From assembly GCF_964204645.1 (NCBI RefSeq), contig NC_134029.1, positions 3,968,001 through 4,032,000 on the forward strand: DNA of 64,000 nt, given 5' to 3'. Under the pieces are notes generated by a model. That model had not been told where the DNA came from. It did no database searches and worked only from the letters and a program-made list of their open reading frames with translations. Position 1 is the first letter of the stretch. Every line of letters starts with the position of its first letter. Positions 25,389 to 40,200 of this stretch are shown in pieces. The translations under genes and the position numbers were made by a program. This DNA comes from Tubulanus polymorphus. Its lineage: Eukaryota; Animalia; Nemertea.

Positions 25389-26016
25389 GGGATATCTGTG
25401 CTGACATTAAAATTATAAATAAATTTTATCTAATAAGAATCCGCTCAGATTCTAATTTTTTAAGATATTTAATCAATCCTTTACAACAAATTTAATTTTA
25501 AACCAAGACTATGTATATTGAGTAGTATTATTTTTCTTGTAAAACGGTTTGTTTTTTATGCCCAGTATTTTTTCAATAAAGCATATTTATTTAAATTTTC
25601 AATAAAGTTTTATTTGACCCCATTTTTCAGATTTTCTCAAATTGTGACGTCTAAATTATTAACCTGGGTAAATATCAGAGGTAAGCTCTTATCTATATTA
25701 GAATAAATTTGAAAGTGTAATTGAATTATAAGAAAAAATACATTTGGAAGGACTTTTTGGCACTTTCTTTCCAGTTGTACCCCAATTTTCTTCCAATCCA
25801 TCTTAACTCGAGTAACTCTACTAGGGAGGTCTCTATTCTGTCTCTGGATCTGGTCAGCTGGTTGGTAGTACGGTAGATCCCCAGCTTGGCTAGGTTCACA
25901 TTGCCAAATTTTTCCATAGCCTAGTTGAATTAACACTGTGTATTGCTTTTCATATTTTCATTTCATTCATACGCTCTTCACTTAGAGACTAAATATTAGA
26001 ATCCAATTGCTGAAAC

Positions 26017-29000
26017 ATGGATGAACCTGATACTCTGGAAGATTGGGTTGCCGTGAAGGAGCATCCATTCCTTGACGAATCTCCGAAAGTACGTCTGAAC
26101 TTCAACATCGCGTGGAACGAAATCGAGCAAAAAATCGCGATCACTTGCCGCGAACGATCTCGCGTTGTCAGCGATAAAGTCCCTCAGGGATGGACAGGGT
26201 TATTCACGTTTCGTGATTTACAAGGAATCCACGATCAACTGTGTTTGATACACCCGTCGTTATCCTTATATCTACCGAATCTGCCACTCGAGCCTCGCGG
26301 AGTCTGGGCGTATCTTAGCAATCCGCAACTCCCCGACGAAAACATCTGCGCGCTACTGGAACAGTACTTTTTGATCGCCTTAGAAATTTGCGGCCAAACT
26401 TTACTGACGTCGACGCTGTTCGAAGAGCACACCTACGACGAATATTTCGAAAATATCTCGGCATTAAAGCGTCGAAATTTCGACGAAGCCGTAGCTCAAG
26501 CCGAAGACGAACTCAAAAACGTTTTATTCCTGCGCGAAAGTTCGATTAACATGCTCGACATGGCCGAGGTTTATTTACAAGAGGACGAGGCTTTGTTTCA
26601 TTTGAACATCGCTCTGGCTCGTTCTTATAATTATCAACTGCAGCCGTTTTTAGATTTACGAGAATTAGCGTTCAGCAAACTGCAGGAAGCGAAGAGTTGT
26701 CTGAACAATGCGGATTTAGGCGCGCGAATCAAGAAGCAATACGCGACTGTGTTCACCGAATGGCAGGAACAATACGTACAAGCTTTAGACACGATACAGG
26801 AAATCTATAAAAACTATTACAGCCGAACGTCGGAGTTAATGGAAGCCGTGCGATCGCGGATGATCGAAGATAAGAATAAATTTGGAAATTCGGCTTTCGA
26901 AGTATCGGCTTATGACCGTCTATGCAGGTGAGGAACCAACTGTCGAATAGTTGATCACTTAACCCTATCATCATAATGCATAATGCAATTTTATTTGTAG
27001 ATTTCTCTTTAGTGTCCTGCAATGCCTGGAACTTGCATCAAAATTTTCCTTTAGAGGTTTCGTGCCTAAGACGGCACTGGTTCTGCATGGATACTTGCCC
27101 TATGCCTCTTTCCAATTTGTGCTTTTATCAAAGTCTGCCCCTGGACTAGTTAGTTACCTAATCGTTGGTGGTAAGCTTTTTATAATCGGATGTGGTTTGT
27201 GAAAATATCCGATCGTGAAACTAAACCACAGACAGGTTACTGACTAGGTGAATTGTATATCGACTGGACCACAATATGACCTTTATTAAAAATAACTTGT
27301 GAATTTCAAGCATTCTCTAAATTTCTGTTTCATATTTTCTTGGTTTTATTCGCAGCTTTTTCGTGCTTAAAATTGAATTTTTTCTTCTAAACGACTTTCA
27401 GAATTGAGGAAGATCTTTCGTTAGAGAAACAACAAAAATTGAAGGCAACAATGAAATGGTTCGAGAACCAGCGCGATAAAGTAAAACAAGAGGTAAATTG
27501 AATAATGAAGCGTTTGTGTCTAATTAGTGTTGCTTTACGTCACTGAGCATTGTTATGCATTATAGATCGCTAGTTTAGATGAAAAAGACAACGTCAAACT
27601 GGAAATTGAAAAGTTAGAAAAAAAGGTGTTCGACTGGCAGAATAAGCTGTACAATGTTGAATTAACACTGATGGATGAAGAAGAAAGTTTAGTTAAAGTC
27701 TACATCCAACAAGTTCTGAAACAGATTGCAGGTAAAATAAAACCACCGAATTTATGAACAAGGGCTTGTTGTTCCACCGGGTGTTGTCATACAGTCGTTT
27801 CTAAATGCTTCAATTATTGCTATGGAATTATGTTTCCCAACCAGCTGTACTTGACTGGCTTCTCAGTCAAGGCCCTAAAATGTTTTCTTAATCGTGACAA
27901 GTATGCGGCAACAAATGGGCGGCACAAGGCGGTAAGGCGAATTCTACTGGGGCATACTTAAGACTTCAGAATCATGGGGAAATGCTGTGCATTTTTTACT
28001 GACTTTACATACAGTAAGCCTATTGAACAGTATACTGTGTATCTTACTATCGATTCAGAAAGTGAAGATGAAATAACATTTCACGACGCGGTTGAAGACG
28101 TCGAAGATTTGAGCAGCGAAGACGACGACACTAAACAAGATCATCATAAAACGCATCCAAAACTGAAACGATTTAAACAACGTCTGATGCTTATAAATCG
28201 TAAACGAGCGAACATTCGAAATCGACAGGTCTGGAAACTGATTTCTTCCCTCAGGGGTGACCCCCAGGCGCCGATCCAGGGGGGTCTTCAGCATTACCCT
28301 CTAATGAATTGAGTTGCCTTTTTCTGAATGAACTTCTCTACATTATTGGTAGAATAAGGAAAAGTTCCAACTGGGAATTGCAGTAAAACCACAAATTTAC
28401 AAAGTCAATGTCTTAATTGTTAATATCTCTTTAGATATGTCACAAGACCTTCATAAGCAGGCTTTGGATCAACCACTGGACTAGAACTTGTTTAAAATAA
28501 TCATAGTACACAAGTACCGTTAATACTCTTATGTATTATTTATAGAAATCTTATCTGAAAAGTATTACTGACAAAAAGAACCAGAAAAAAGAAGAATTGA
28601 AAAACTTAGAGCGACATCGTGTCGTACAAGCTGTAAGTTAAGATGGTTAGAATCTTCTCTGTACGACTGTTTTGATATTTATTTCCGTTTTAATTTGTTT
28701 CTATGTATTCCTAGAAACGAGAGGCTCAGAAAGAAGAATTGTCTGAAAAACAAGAATTTATCAACAAAGAAAGGAAGAAAACGTTAGAACGATTGCGCCA
28801 GCATAAACAGGTGAATCACTGTAGATTAAACTCTTATTATAGAAACTCTTTCATTTTCCTCACTACACTCTGTATTAGGTAACAAAATGATTTGTTTCAG
28901 AACCTTTTTCTCCATCAGTCACAACTTCCTTGCATTCTGTAAGGACAGTTTCACTGTTCAGTATTAACATCGTGCATTTTCTTCAAAAACCAAATTTGAA

Positions 29001-29906
29001 ATCTTCATATTTTTTTTTTATTTTCAGAAATATCCTAATCGTAATCCTCTGCATCCATCAAGGTATTCATCGAAATCTCAAAAAAGAAGATCATCGGATA
29101 AACCAGACGGAACTGATCGTACAGATGGCACCACGAGTCAGACTAAAAATACTCCCGTACCTCCAGAAACAGTACCTAGTAGTAAACCAGGTGCCCCTGT
29201 CCCCCCTCCACTTGCCCCTCTCGGGCTCATGCCTCCAGTTGTACCACCACCCCCTCCCCCACCTCCCATTGCTCCTCCCCCACCACCAGCGCCACCAGTC
29301 CCTCCAGCTAATCTTCCATTGAAAAAGACCGACGATGTTAAAAAGACTGGTCGTGCTGCGGAGTCTAAAAATACTGATCAAATGATCAATCTATCGGATA
29401 TACAATCAGCTAGGACTAAACTGAAGAAATCAACAGAACCTGTTCATACTGGTCCATCAAAAGGTTTGCATATTATCATTTAGTTAATGAATCTTTTAGG
29501 GGTTCATTGATTATTGTGTTTGAATTACCGATTTAAACCCGTTCTATATATAAACGATCTTAAGCACTGTGGATAGTCCCCTCCCCCGAGGATGCACACT
29601 TCACGAGTGACCAGCCTTTCATCTGTCATGAAATGGTTTTCGATATTATTGATAGATGGCGTATTTGTAGGTGAAGATCCGATGTCTAACATGATGCTAC
29701 TGATACGACAAGGTGTGAAATTACGACGCGTAGTTACCCCTGCTGCTGCTGATGGCGACAGTCCATCGATGACGTTATCAACTCCTAGTGAAAGTCACCT
29801 ACAACATTTACAACAGGCTTTAGGCCGTATACAGAAACTTACTGCTTCATTTTCCGATGATGAGGAAGACTCCAGCGAATTCACTGATCAAGATTTTGAG
29901 GATTGA
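26017..29906 (+). CDS. WHAMM: WHAMM/JMY-family actin nucleation-promoting factor, about 730 aa
   Basis: N-terminal WHAMM-JMY domain (LEDWVAVKEHPF...FNIAWNEIEQKIAITC...WTGLFTFRDLQGIHDQLCLIHPSL), coiled coil, polyproline tract, two WH2 motifs (..RTKLKKS, LIRQGVKLRRV), central helix and acidic tail. Exons 26017-26927, 27402-27492, 27566-27731, 28059-28228, 28546-28632, 28715-28810, 29028-29463, 29671-29906 (2193 nt, in frame). AATAAA at about 30265. May be the co-ortholog of both vertebrate WHAMM and JMY. Confidence 0.9.
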
Positions 29907-30663
29907 TTTTTAAGAATATTTCATTGAAGGAAATTCGTATTACCCGGTAAATTAGGCACTATGAATTTGGCACTATTTACATCAGAAGTCTACACTGATT
30001 TGGAGAGAATAATGAATTAAGAATTAATTTTGTATGGGTTCTATGTATTGGTTCAAGGTGTCTGTTCATTTGCTGTGTATTTCTTGAAAATATATCTGTT
30101 TTAATGTTCCTCAATTGTTGGATATATTTCTTTGATATCTAGTCATTCTGTGCTTGTTCAGTTCTTGTTTGTAATATTTTTTCATTCTATTGTAAATTTG
30201 CTAATTTATTTAAGTACGTGTTGTAATTGAATGTACACGAAAGTTAGGTTATTCCGATTGATACAATAAACAAATTCTTCAAATTGATTAAAGCTTGTAA
30301 ATTAATTTCTATCTACTTTGAATTACTATAACACGGTTAATGGACCGTCAGCTAAGTCTTCTCCGGCGCATTCTCAAGGAACTAACTTCACTGGCTCCCA
30401 GTAAAATACCGAATCGATTATGAAATTACTCGTTTGGTTTTCGGCTATTCTCATCGTCAAGCCCCCAAGTATGACGACTGAGAATTGTGTGCTCACTGAT
30501 ATTACGCTTAGTCTAGTCATGATGTTTTTAGAGTGCCCTGTGCATTAATGGTGATTAAACGTTGTTTTGAATTTTGTATTATCTGGTAATACTTATTAAG
30601 ACAGATATTCTTCTGACAGGAAAATTTGTTCGAGGAAAATGTTTTGAAGTCGAAAAAATTCTG

Positions 30664-30735
30664 TGCGTTCGCCGGGAATCGAACCCGGATCCATTGCTTG
30701 GAAGGCAACGATGCTAACCTTTACACCACGAACGC
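30664..30735 (-). tRNA. tRNA-Gly (TCC), copy 1
   Basis: GCGTTCGTGGTGTAAAGGTTAGCATCGTTGCCT-TCC-AAGCAATGGATCCGGGTTCGATTCCCGGCGAACGCA, followed by a T6 Pol III terminator. Confidence 0.96.
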
Positions 30736-33700
30736 CAGTTATCTGCCACGCCGCTTATTTAGCTTATGAATGACAATCATCATAGACGGCGTCACTGAAT
30801 ATGTCGTTTGCGACAGTAAGCTCGGTTGGCGTCTATTAGCATCGATGATACACCGCCATACTAGGATTATACATTCTATTTCGTGCTGACGCAACTTTAC
30901 GATTTTGAGGCGCTGCCAATGTAGACTGCTTCCTACACGACGTTGGATTCTAGTAGCCGCACATATTTCCCAATTTTGAATACGATAATTACTATATCAA
31001 AATAAGATAGGGTTGATTAAGTTTTTGCGTTTGAAGTGGTGTAGAAGTTTTACGGAGATAATGTATATCTGATTCCTATCTATACCCGAATACTGATAAA
31101 ATAGATCATCATTTTTCGGTCGGCGTGGTCGTCATAACGCCCGGCGTATTGCATCAAAGTTTCGACTTCGCCGAACGAAATTAGATTATACGTTGGCAAA
31201 AAGAGAGACCATTCATCCATTAAAATTACATTCACAACATATTTGGCGCGCAATTATAGTTGATAAGATTAGTTGATTAGCTGGTTACAGGGGGACATCA
31301 ATTTTCTGGCTCGTTTCGTCGCAGTCTCCGCTTTCAAACGGGCTAATTTTCGTTCCGTGTGCCACGAGTAATCAGGCACGACTAACGAAGCCGAGTTCTT
31401 TCGCGCTCTGATGCCCTAAATACGATTACGGATGCATCAAAACGAATATACAAATGAACTTAATGAGATAAGAAATTTGTTATCTTTGTTGAGCAATGAT
31501 GAGTGAAAACGCGCGAATTACGTGTAATTATAGCTCGGTGGATGTGGACGGATGAGCGGTGTATGCCGCCCCGGTTTGGTGATGTGTTTTTTACGAGCGT
31601 CTCTGGAGGAAAACCAATTTTACACGTGTCAGTGCTCAGAAATAAGAAGACAACACTTCAAGTCGTGTGAAAATGTTAGGTACGCACAGTGAAGCGTTTA
31701 TAGTAACTTGTCCCTCAAAATAGAGGCTGGTGATTGAATCATCTTGGTGGTGCCATTTCCTCTAAATATTACCATAGAGTAACCTGAGATTTCAGTCATC
31801 AGTTATGAAATGTATTTCATATTGATATTCTGAATTTGACTTTCAGCATAAAGTCGAAACGTTCAATTGAATAAACTTTTAGCTCAAAGGAAACATTTTT
31901 GACTTTATTTTTTCATCATTAAAAAGAAGGGAAAAACGTATAAGATTGCCGGGATGTCCCTCCTTTTCTAATGAATTATCCATTCAGACGAATTTCCAAT
32001 AAACCCCCTCTTATATGTCTTTTCATGTTTAATCTGTAAGAGTTTGAGCAACTGTGTGACCGATAACTGTCATGTTTCAGCCCGACATCAACCTCTCAGA
32101 ATTAAATCGGCGCTCTCATCTGTCTACTAAAGGGATTATTCTGTTAGGACTGAGAGGCCGATTTAATTTCGATCTGAAACTAATTGATTGTCGACTCGAT
32201 AATAAGGATTTAAAGTCGAATAGATGTAACAAATCAGGCGTCCGTCATTTGGCTCCCTCTAAATTGTCGACAAAAAGCTATTTTGGTCCAATCAACGGGT
32301 GTTAACGAAAGAAGAATGCTATTTGTTGATAAAGCATAACGAAATGAAATTACCGGTATATGAAAAAGGAAAAATCGATTACGAAAATGGTTTGATCGGT
32401 GCAATCTAATGATTACCGCGAGTAAGGGATAGGTTCAGTCCAAGACATTTAGGCTTCGAAGTCGCAAGATCTACGCGTGTGTCTGAATGGAAATAGTCAA
32501 CCACACTACTCACCCTCTCTTACAGCGACACAGGTTTCTATAAGGTTTCTTTGATTGAGTTTTGTTACACGTTGCAACATCTATTTCCTTTGACAGTTAG
32601 CTAGTAAAATGCATTGGAGTCGACGGCATTCTCCCGAAAAGCGACAAATTAGATAATATGTATGTTAATACGTAGCTGACGGCTCACATTCGTTGTAACA
32701 TCTTAAATTCCCAGGAGAACAACGGCAAAAAGCGAAGTTATGGCTTATATAATGAGATAACGAGAAGATTGCTGCGCTATCAGCTATAACTGGTATTCCT
32801 GGTGAACCTGGCAGGTCGGAACTGTCATCGCCCATCAGCCAATCTTGTCTGAAGTTCTAAGAGGGCATTTAGACCCAATAAAGGCACTTTGGGTTCGCAA
32901 AAAAGTCCACTAATAGGATCGCGCTTTGGTAATATGATTTGCGGGTCGATTAATAGGAAAATGATTTAATTATATCTGGCTATGTTAAAGGCAAATTGGT
33001 CGACGTGTTTATCACCCTCTTGGAGCTAGGAAACATATTTGAAGTGTAGGTATATTTCTGGCAAACAAAGAATGTACACTGAAATTCTTGTTCATAAAGT
33101 ATTCATTTATGACTCAATATGTCAGAGATGTTCAACGACACTAAATCTAAGTTGGTTTAGATTCAAAATTATATTTCGTCGAATATTTCTGCACACATTT
33201 TGCTGGAAATATTTCGTATATATACATCATGATCTTTGACTGTATCTTATCATTCTGTGCGTATTACGTCGCGTGACTGAAATCATGCATCGCCATTGGG
33301 CGAAATGAACGCGGGCGAAAACAACTTGATCAGCGTGTAGCAGATTGAGCTAACAAATTCAATTTGCCGTTATGTACATCAGCCGTATTTCGGGCATCAA
33401 TTTCGTTGTTGCCGAGACGTGAATCAAGTTGACAAATACGTCAGGCAGAAAATTATAACCGATAATAGGCTAAAACAGCGCGTAATGCATCGTAAAGAAA
33501 CAGAAGGAAAATGCGTGGAACGTTAAAACTATGATATAGAAAATATCATACTCACGAAGAGAAACTAAAGTCAAAACATGTTTTCTTTAGTTAATGGTTT
33601 ATTTCCGAAGTTTTGACTTAATCCTAATGTTATAATGTAGGATTTTTGATTTTGTGCGTAATCGTTATAACGCGGGCACAGCGTTTTATCAATTAAAACA

Positions 33701-36700
33701 AAAACGGCACTTGCAAAGCATGATTTATGGACGTCCTTTAGAGGTTACCTTAATCAGACAGAGCGAGTTGAATGTTTCAGGTTTACACGGTGAAAAAATA
33801 AACTCTTTATTGTACTGACTCGCCCTTTACGGGTCGAGATGGATAGAGTGAAATTTACAAACCGTGAACGTGACGTGAATTTTGCATTTGTAAAATGGAC
33901 ATTCTTTTCGGATCGAGGGCGCAGGGAATGATAGGGACATCAACGCATAAGAAGATATATCATACACATGTCGCATTTTACAAGGACGGGGTCAAACCTG
34001 TCGAGCTATTTACCTCGATTACTTTTAATGAAATCGATTGTACTTAAATCCGTATTTCTTTGAATGGATATAATTCAAAAACATGTTTTCTATACAATAC
34101 GAGATCGCTCTCATTGCCAGCAGACGAACGAATAATGGAGAAAACAAATTAAATCACTGGAATACACTACTTGTATTAGCAAGAAGAACATTCAACACGA
34201 ATTTTTATAATAAGTTCCTATTTCTTCGCCCGATGCGTACATTATCCATTCAATGTAGATTGACGTGTATTGCCGAAAAGGGATTATATTCGTAAACCGC
34301 TTACGAAGAAACCAAACGATTATTCAATTAAACGCCCAGTTAGAGATCTTTGCGGGTCCGTCGAAATTTGTAAAATCTCATTATGGGCTCGTTAAATATT
34401 CCTAGAGGCCCTGTTTGTGAAGGGCTCCACAGCTGGTTGCGTTTTCTGCCCGGTTAACATCTCGAGTGGCGGATTAGGAATCGCGCGCAGAATACATCGT
34501 AAACAATAACGATCGGCAAGAGAGAAAAAAGACTCATTAACCGTGGATAATGATGGTTCGATGAACCCGACCAAATTGTCGTATTCGAGATGAAAAGAAA
34601 TCACAAATAATAAATCATAATACGAAACTATAGCTCATAAAAGTGTACATAATAGAATAATTTGATAACTGTGATAACTGTGTTGTCACGTATAGAGTTA
34701 TGAGCTACCACATTCTAGATACTGATATAGAGGAATCACATTTTGTTCTCCTTAAAAATGCGTATTGGGGTATATGTATTACGAATCCGCGAATCACTGC
34801 TTGAATACACTTTTTCTTGTAAAGGATGAATTTACATGTTTGGTGTAGAAATGTTTACTTTTGGTCACCATTCTGTCGCCTTTTTCGAAGAGAACTATCC
34901 CCACGACGTAATTTCTTTGAGTGGAAAGCTCGGCTGAGGCAACATTGAATGATAGTCGTGGTCCCTTAGCAAAGTCCGTTAATTTGTACCTGACCTTTGT
35001 CTGGCACTGACAATTCGGAAATCTAATTGAAATGTCTTGAGTGCTTCAACGGAGGCCGAGAAACGCATTTTCTCTCACGTCATCTCCTTCTCGATTGGCC
35101 TGGTTTCCAGTCGGTCGTGCGAACGATTCTCTCATCTCCTGGTACAGATGGTGAGGAATAAAAGCTATAAAGACTTTACACAATAACCAGTAACGAGAGT
35201 GGATTGCTTTCGAACCGTACTCGAAATACTGAGCCGATTACGGTAAGCCGTGTTCGACAAAGTCACCATTTATCGACCGTGAGTTTCTCCCTCTTGGTGG
35301 AGATTAACTGATGAATGTGGCAATTTGTCTTTGATTGAGCCTAAATGGCGAATCCGATCAGGAATGATTTAGGAAATTATCGGCCATGATAGTCGGTCAT
35401 TGTCAGACAATTATATTCCCATACACTCATCTGTAACTGGTGCGGCGCAGTAGAAATTAATGAAGACGCTCGATTCCCATTGAATCGACGCAAAACAAAT
35501 GGAAATTCAGAGTCAAATCAACGACGTTTCATGGCTAATTAAGCCAATTGTAGGCCTCGAGAGGATGCGATTTTGTGCAGCCGGAATTCAATTAAACAGT
35601 CTTCGATACTGCGTCTGTTAGAGTTACAATAAAAATCAGTAGCGATTGGCCAATTAATTTGGTGAACTGGTTGACGTGTGCGCGGATATACATATACAAT
35701 TTGACAATACTTCATCCGTTTCGCATAGCGTGATCGTAAATGATTTCTGGCCATGGATGGGAATATTTAGTGTCACGGAAGTCAAAGTTGGAACGTGGAC
35801 TGGTATTTCGTTATGTAGTTTACTGTAATTCCGTTCTTTTGTGAATTTTCGGTCATCGTCAAAATACTTACCGTGCAGATCATCATTTGTCTATATAGTA
35901 AAGTAATTTATAAATCAGAAGCTGTTTTAAGTTGACTATTTCAAGGATGGGTGATATAATAACATAACATCGCTATTGACTGGGCCTATTATTATAGACA
36001 AGCCCTGGAGTAATACCTCAGGCCTTCGGGGCAGGACACTTTAAAAACAAGTTTACCGTAGTTGATCGCTCCACACGGATAGCTAATGACTTCCGTTATC
36101 TATCAAACCTCGTAAAATTATCAAATAATGACGTAATAATGACACTTTATGCATCTAATTCTCATGTATAAATGGTTCTAATGTGCCATCTTTGGTGTGG
36201 TGCCCGAGGACAGACTTCGGGCTTTTTCTTGCCAAAAGCCATTCGGTGATGTAGATATTAGCTTACTTAATTTTGTATGATGAGATTTGTCACCCTTTTT
36301 ATGTGTATATTTAGACATAGCCCTTTTCACAGCGATACCAGAATTTTTCTTTTACAGAGCTGTTAAGTTCAGAAAATAAAATGCACAAATGCTTATATAT
36401 AATTACATCAATTCGTCTTTATTCGTCAATGGTTTTTCTTTCATAACGGAAATACTCTTTGAATGAATATAAAGCTTTTTTCGTAATTTCGTATATAATA
36501 CATACATGATATTATCGTAATCTAACATAAATTACTACATAATGTTATATATTTATGGTGACGCAGTGAACGATGATGTGACTGACTATGAGATGATGAT
36601 TTTTACTGCTTCATATAGATGAAATGGGAAATGTAAGAGATGGGCTTTCTCTCAATCTTATTAAGATCTATCCTTGTTCTATCGATTATGTTTGAATTTG

Positions 36701-37288
36701 GCACCACTCAGGGTGATGCTCCAAACAAAGAACATTTGTAACACCGTAAATGCCTCTTTAAACAAACATGTTTGAGGAAAAATTCAGGAAAATTTGTAAA
36801 AATTCGATGATACTTTTTACGTGTCATACGAGAATCCTATTTCACATATTTTCAATATTTCAGTGAACAGAAGACTAGTAGAAACTGTGCATTATTGCAC
36901 TAACGATATAAATGTGTGGAATACAAATATGTGAAATCATGTCATATTTCACAATAGAAACATGTAGCTGAAATCCGTTATTTTCCACCTAGGACCTTGG
37001 GAGCTAGTCAACGATAAATTGCTCGAAGATTCCAGTTTGAAAAACTGTGGAATACCTTATACATATACGCATCATTCAAAAGCACCTTTCTTAGCAACCG
37101 AAGTCCCTTGCCTTCCCAACTTAGAAATAATCATTCAAGTGCCACTTGAGCTCTTTAGCTGGTTGAGGTTTCACATTGAAGGTTTTTGATGGTTTTCACG
37201 CAGTTTGGTTCACGCTCCATTTCACGATACTCTTTTCGAAACGTCTTATAGCACATTGTCCCGTTTTTACAGAATACTGTTGAATTAG

Positions 37289-40200
37289 TTACGATAAAGT
37301 CTGTCCGGGGAAGAATCGTTGGAAATGATCTATATGCTCTTTCGCTTTGATTCGTAAAGCCGCTATACTCGTGTTACGGGGATCGTGTTCATCGAATTTG
37401 ATCGAATTCGGCGACGGGAGTGATCCGAGTCCGCCTGCCGCGATGTAGGGGGGATATGTACCGGGTGAGAAGAATGCTGGAATTGACGGATGGGCTGCAG
37501 TGCTTATGATCGGTGACGTCATCCACGGGTCTAACGGTAAGGCCCCGGTTAAACCGTTACTAGTCGCACAACGAGGTGACAACACACCCATCGGAAAGTT
37601 CTCGTTTATTTTCAACGAACTGCATTCCATTTTCTCCTGTCGGCGCCATTTTGCCCGACGATTTTGAAACCAAACCTACAAGATAAAAAGAATTTGACGC
37701 TTGAAAAATCTTTTCAAAGAAGATTCTTAAACTCCATTTCAAAAACCTGAAGATGAAGTCATGTATTACATCAATATTGGGATCCGATGTTTGAAGTATC
37801 TTTATTTGTGGATTCAACAATAAGTGGATAATGATGATGAGTTGAGTTTTAAGACGATCATCGCTCGGGGGAATTTCATTAAATGATCACGCTTTGGTGC
37901 ACAATTCAACCGAATAAGTTCCATCCCTTCACGAGTCGTTGTACTGCCAGGTGTCATAGTCGTGACCTTTATACGCAGAAGACATGGCGTTCAATAAAGC
38001 CGACAATTACCGACAAATGATCTCCGAAATTATCTCCGTTAACCCGTCAATTCAGGCCCGTTAATGGGCGCCCGTCTTTTCATTACGAATAAAAGCATCG
38101 ACTACAAAACTGTAGAGTGTACCCGGAATCAATTTTGACTCTCGGGATAATTAGGCGAGGCGGCAACAAATGGATGAAAGATTAAAGACAATTTGGCGCT
38201 AACCAAAATGATTGCAGCTTCACAGAACGCGGATAAGATCAGTAAATTGTAACCGGGTTTCAATGGCGACAATTTTAAATCATGTTCGTTGTACTTTTAC
38301 GGCCAGTGTTGAAGAGATGCATCTGTTCTCTAACAAAGAACGCAGCGTGTGGGTTCGTGAATGGGTTCTTTTCTGTTGGAAAATTAAAATTAACTTAAAT
38401 TCAGACGACACGCTGAAAACCACGGTTCCAAGCCTAATAATAATAATGATAACAGATTCTCGTACTACTCTCGTGGAGTTCTAATATTCCTGTGCAATTC
38501 TCAAACTCCAGTGGAGGGTGATTAGCCCGAAATTAGAATCTTGATTCGTCTTACCTGTACTCTCACTTCTGGCAACTGAACTTTGTTCGCTAGCTCTTCT
38601 CGACTGTACACGTCTGGATAGTGAGATTTCTCAAAAGCTCGTTCCAACTCGTGTAGTTGATACGTGGTAAATGTTGTCCGATTTCGGCGATGTTTTTTCT
38701 TCTGTTGTTGATCGGTTGTGTTCGAGTTATTCGTTAATGAGCAATCGGAATGGTCGCTTTCGCGATCTTTCTCATCTGTAATGAAAGAATAGATAAAAAA
38801 TCAGTGATTAGATTTATAGATTTGGGCAAAGTACAACATGGTCTTATCATACATGGGATATTATTGGAAGAGCACATTAGCTTAAATGCGGTCTCTGAAA
38901 CACATGTTTGAGTCCATGGTTTAAGGTACGAGGACTTTCTAAACAAAAACTGCGAAATTGACCAGTACAGTTCCGACCTCCGTGACTTTCGTGGTGAAAT
39001 AGAGAATTGAGAAATCGACATAGATCCGATTTTACTCGTTTCATTCGGGATTCATCGGTCATAAGTCAGCGCAAATAAAACGAATCCCCTTACGGTATTA
39101 CCGTAGCGCATTTCAGGCACAATAAAGCATTTATGGTAATCTTCTTCGGTAAATTACTTTACCGCGCACTGAGTCCATTACGTTATTACGGTCCTCCTCG
39201 CTCCTAAACTGCAACCGTCATCCGTCTTAGATTTGAACAGGTCGCTAGTATGACAGTATGCGCTGCAGCGTTTAAGCGGCTTTGCTTCTGTCGTTACCAG
39301 TTAATGAGGTGTCGAGGTGTTTAATGCGGCAACCTTGATGATTTGTGAATCATATTTGTTGGGTTTTCTGATCGTGAACGCTAATATCTCGTGTCATGAC
39401 CCCCCGGGGATCTACGAAGACGTTCTGTCAAACTGACAAATGTGTTTTACTTATTAATTCGCGATTTCATTTTATCAACATCTAATGCGGGGATGATTTA
39501 ATCAAACCAAATGGACGCGAGCTCCCGCGGGATTTGCCTTTTTAGATCCGGAATTTAGTTGATGGGTTTTTGTTGTTTCGCAGAATCAGAGAAGAGACAA
39601 GTCGTTCTCTGAAGACTCATCGAGTGGGATGACCTTAAGTGGCTTAAAAGTGAGAAGTCCTCTATGTGTCCTCATCCTCGTGAGGTTGAAAAAAGAGTCC
39701 ATCTCTCGTCGGAAAATTTCTTTCGAGTACCTCATGTGATCTCATTGACAAACTCTTTATGATGTGTTTATTGATCGATTCGACAATAAAAATACATTCT
39801 TAAAAACCAAAATAAATTAGATAGTTTATTAATGACGCTGTCCGTGGTGTGTATGAACAAGACTCTTTCAAGAAAAACTGTTGGAGGTGGCCATGCATTG
39901 CACATTCGTCCTTTTATTGCTCGTCAAACAAAGCGTGGCCCATCGTATATCAAACGACTATATGAAATTCAAATGCAAAAACTAACGACATGTTTTGCCG
40001 AAAGAAAGAGCAGTGTTTGAAACGAGGTGCCCTCCTGCAAAGTACGATTGCGATTTTCAGAGCCTTATTCGCCATTTTCACAAAAAACATTTGTATTGAT
40101 ATGTGCTTGTATTGTGGTGAAGCGAGCGGCAGTTGGATACACGCTGGGTACTTCGTTGTCATCGCTGAGGACCCGTTTCATTTTTTAGGCCGCGGAAAAA

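Noticed and set aside
25800-25940. Hairpin followed by ACA, a possible H/ACA snoRNA upstream of WHAMM
   Set aside because: There is no H box (ANANNA) hinge and no convincing pseudouridylation pocket.
35521-35550. GAAACGTC with an adjacent hairpin (also CGAAACGTC at about 37237) as additional hammerheads
   Set aside because: No CUGAnGA core lies upstream in either case.
30750-36400. Possible orthopedia or other gene between tRNA-Gly and the Rx 3' end
   Set aside because: No homeodomain or spliceable coding signal was recognised; the short ORFs look non-coding.
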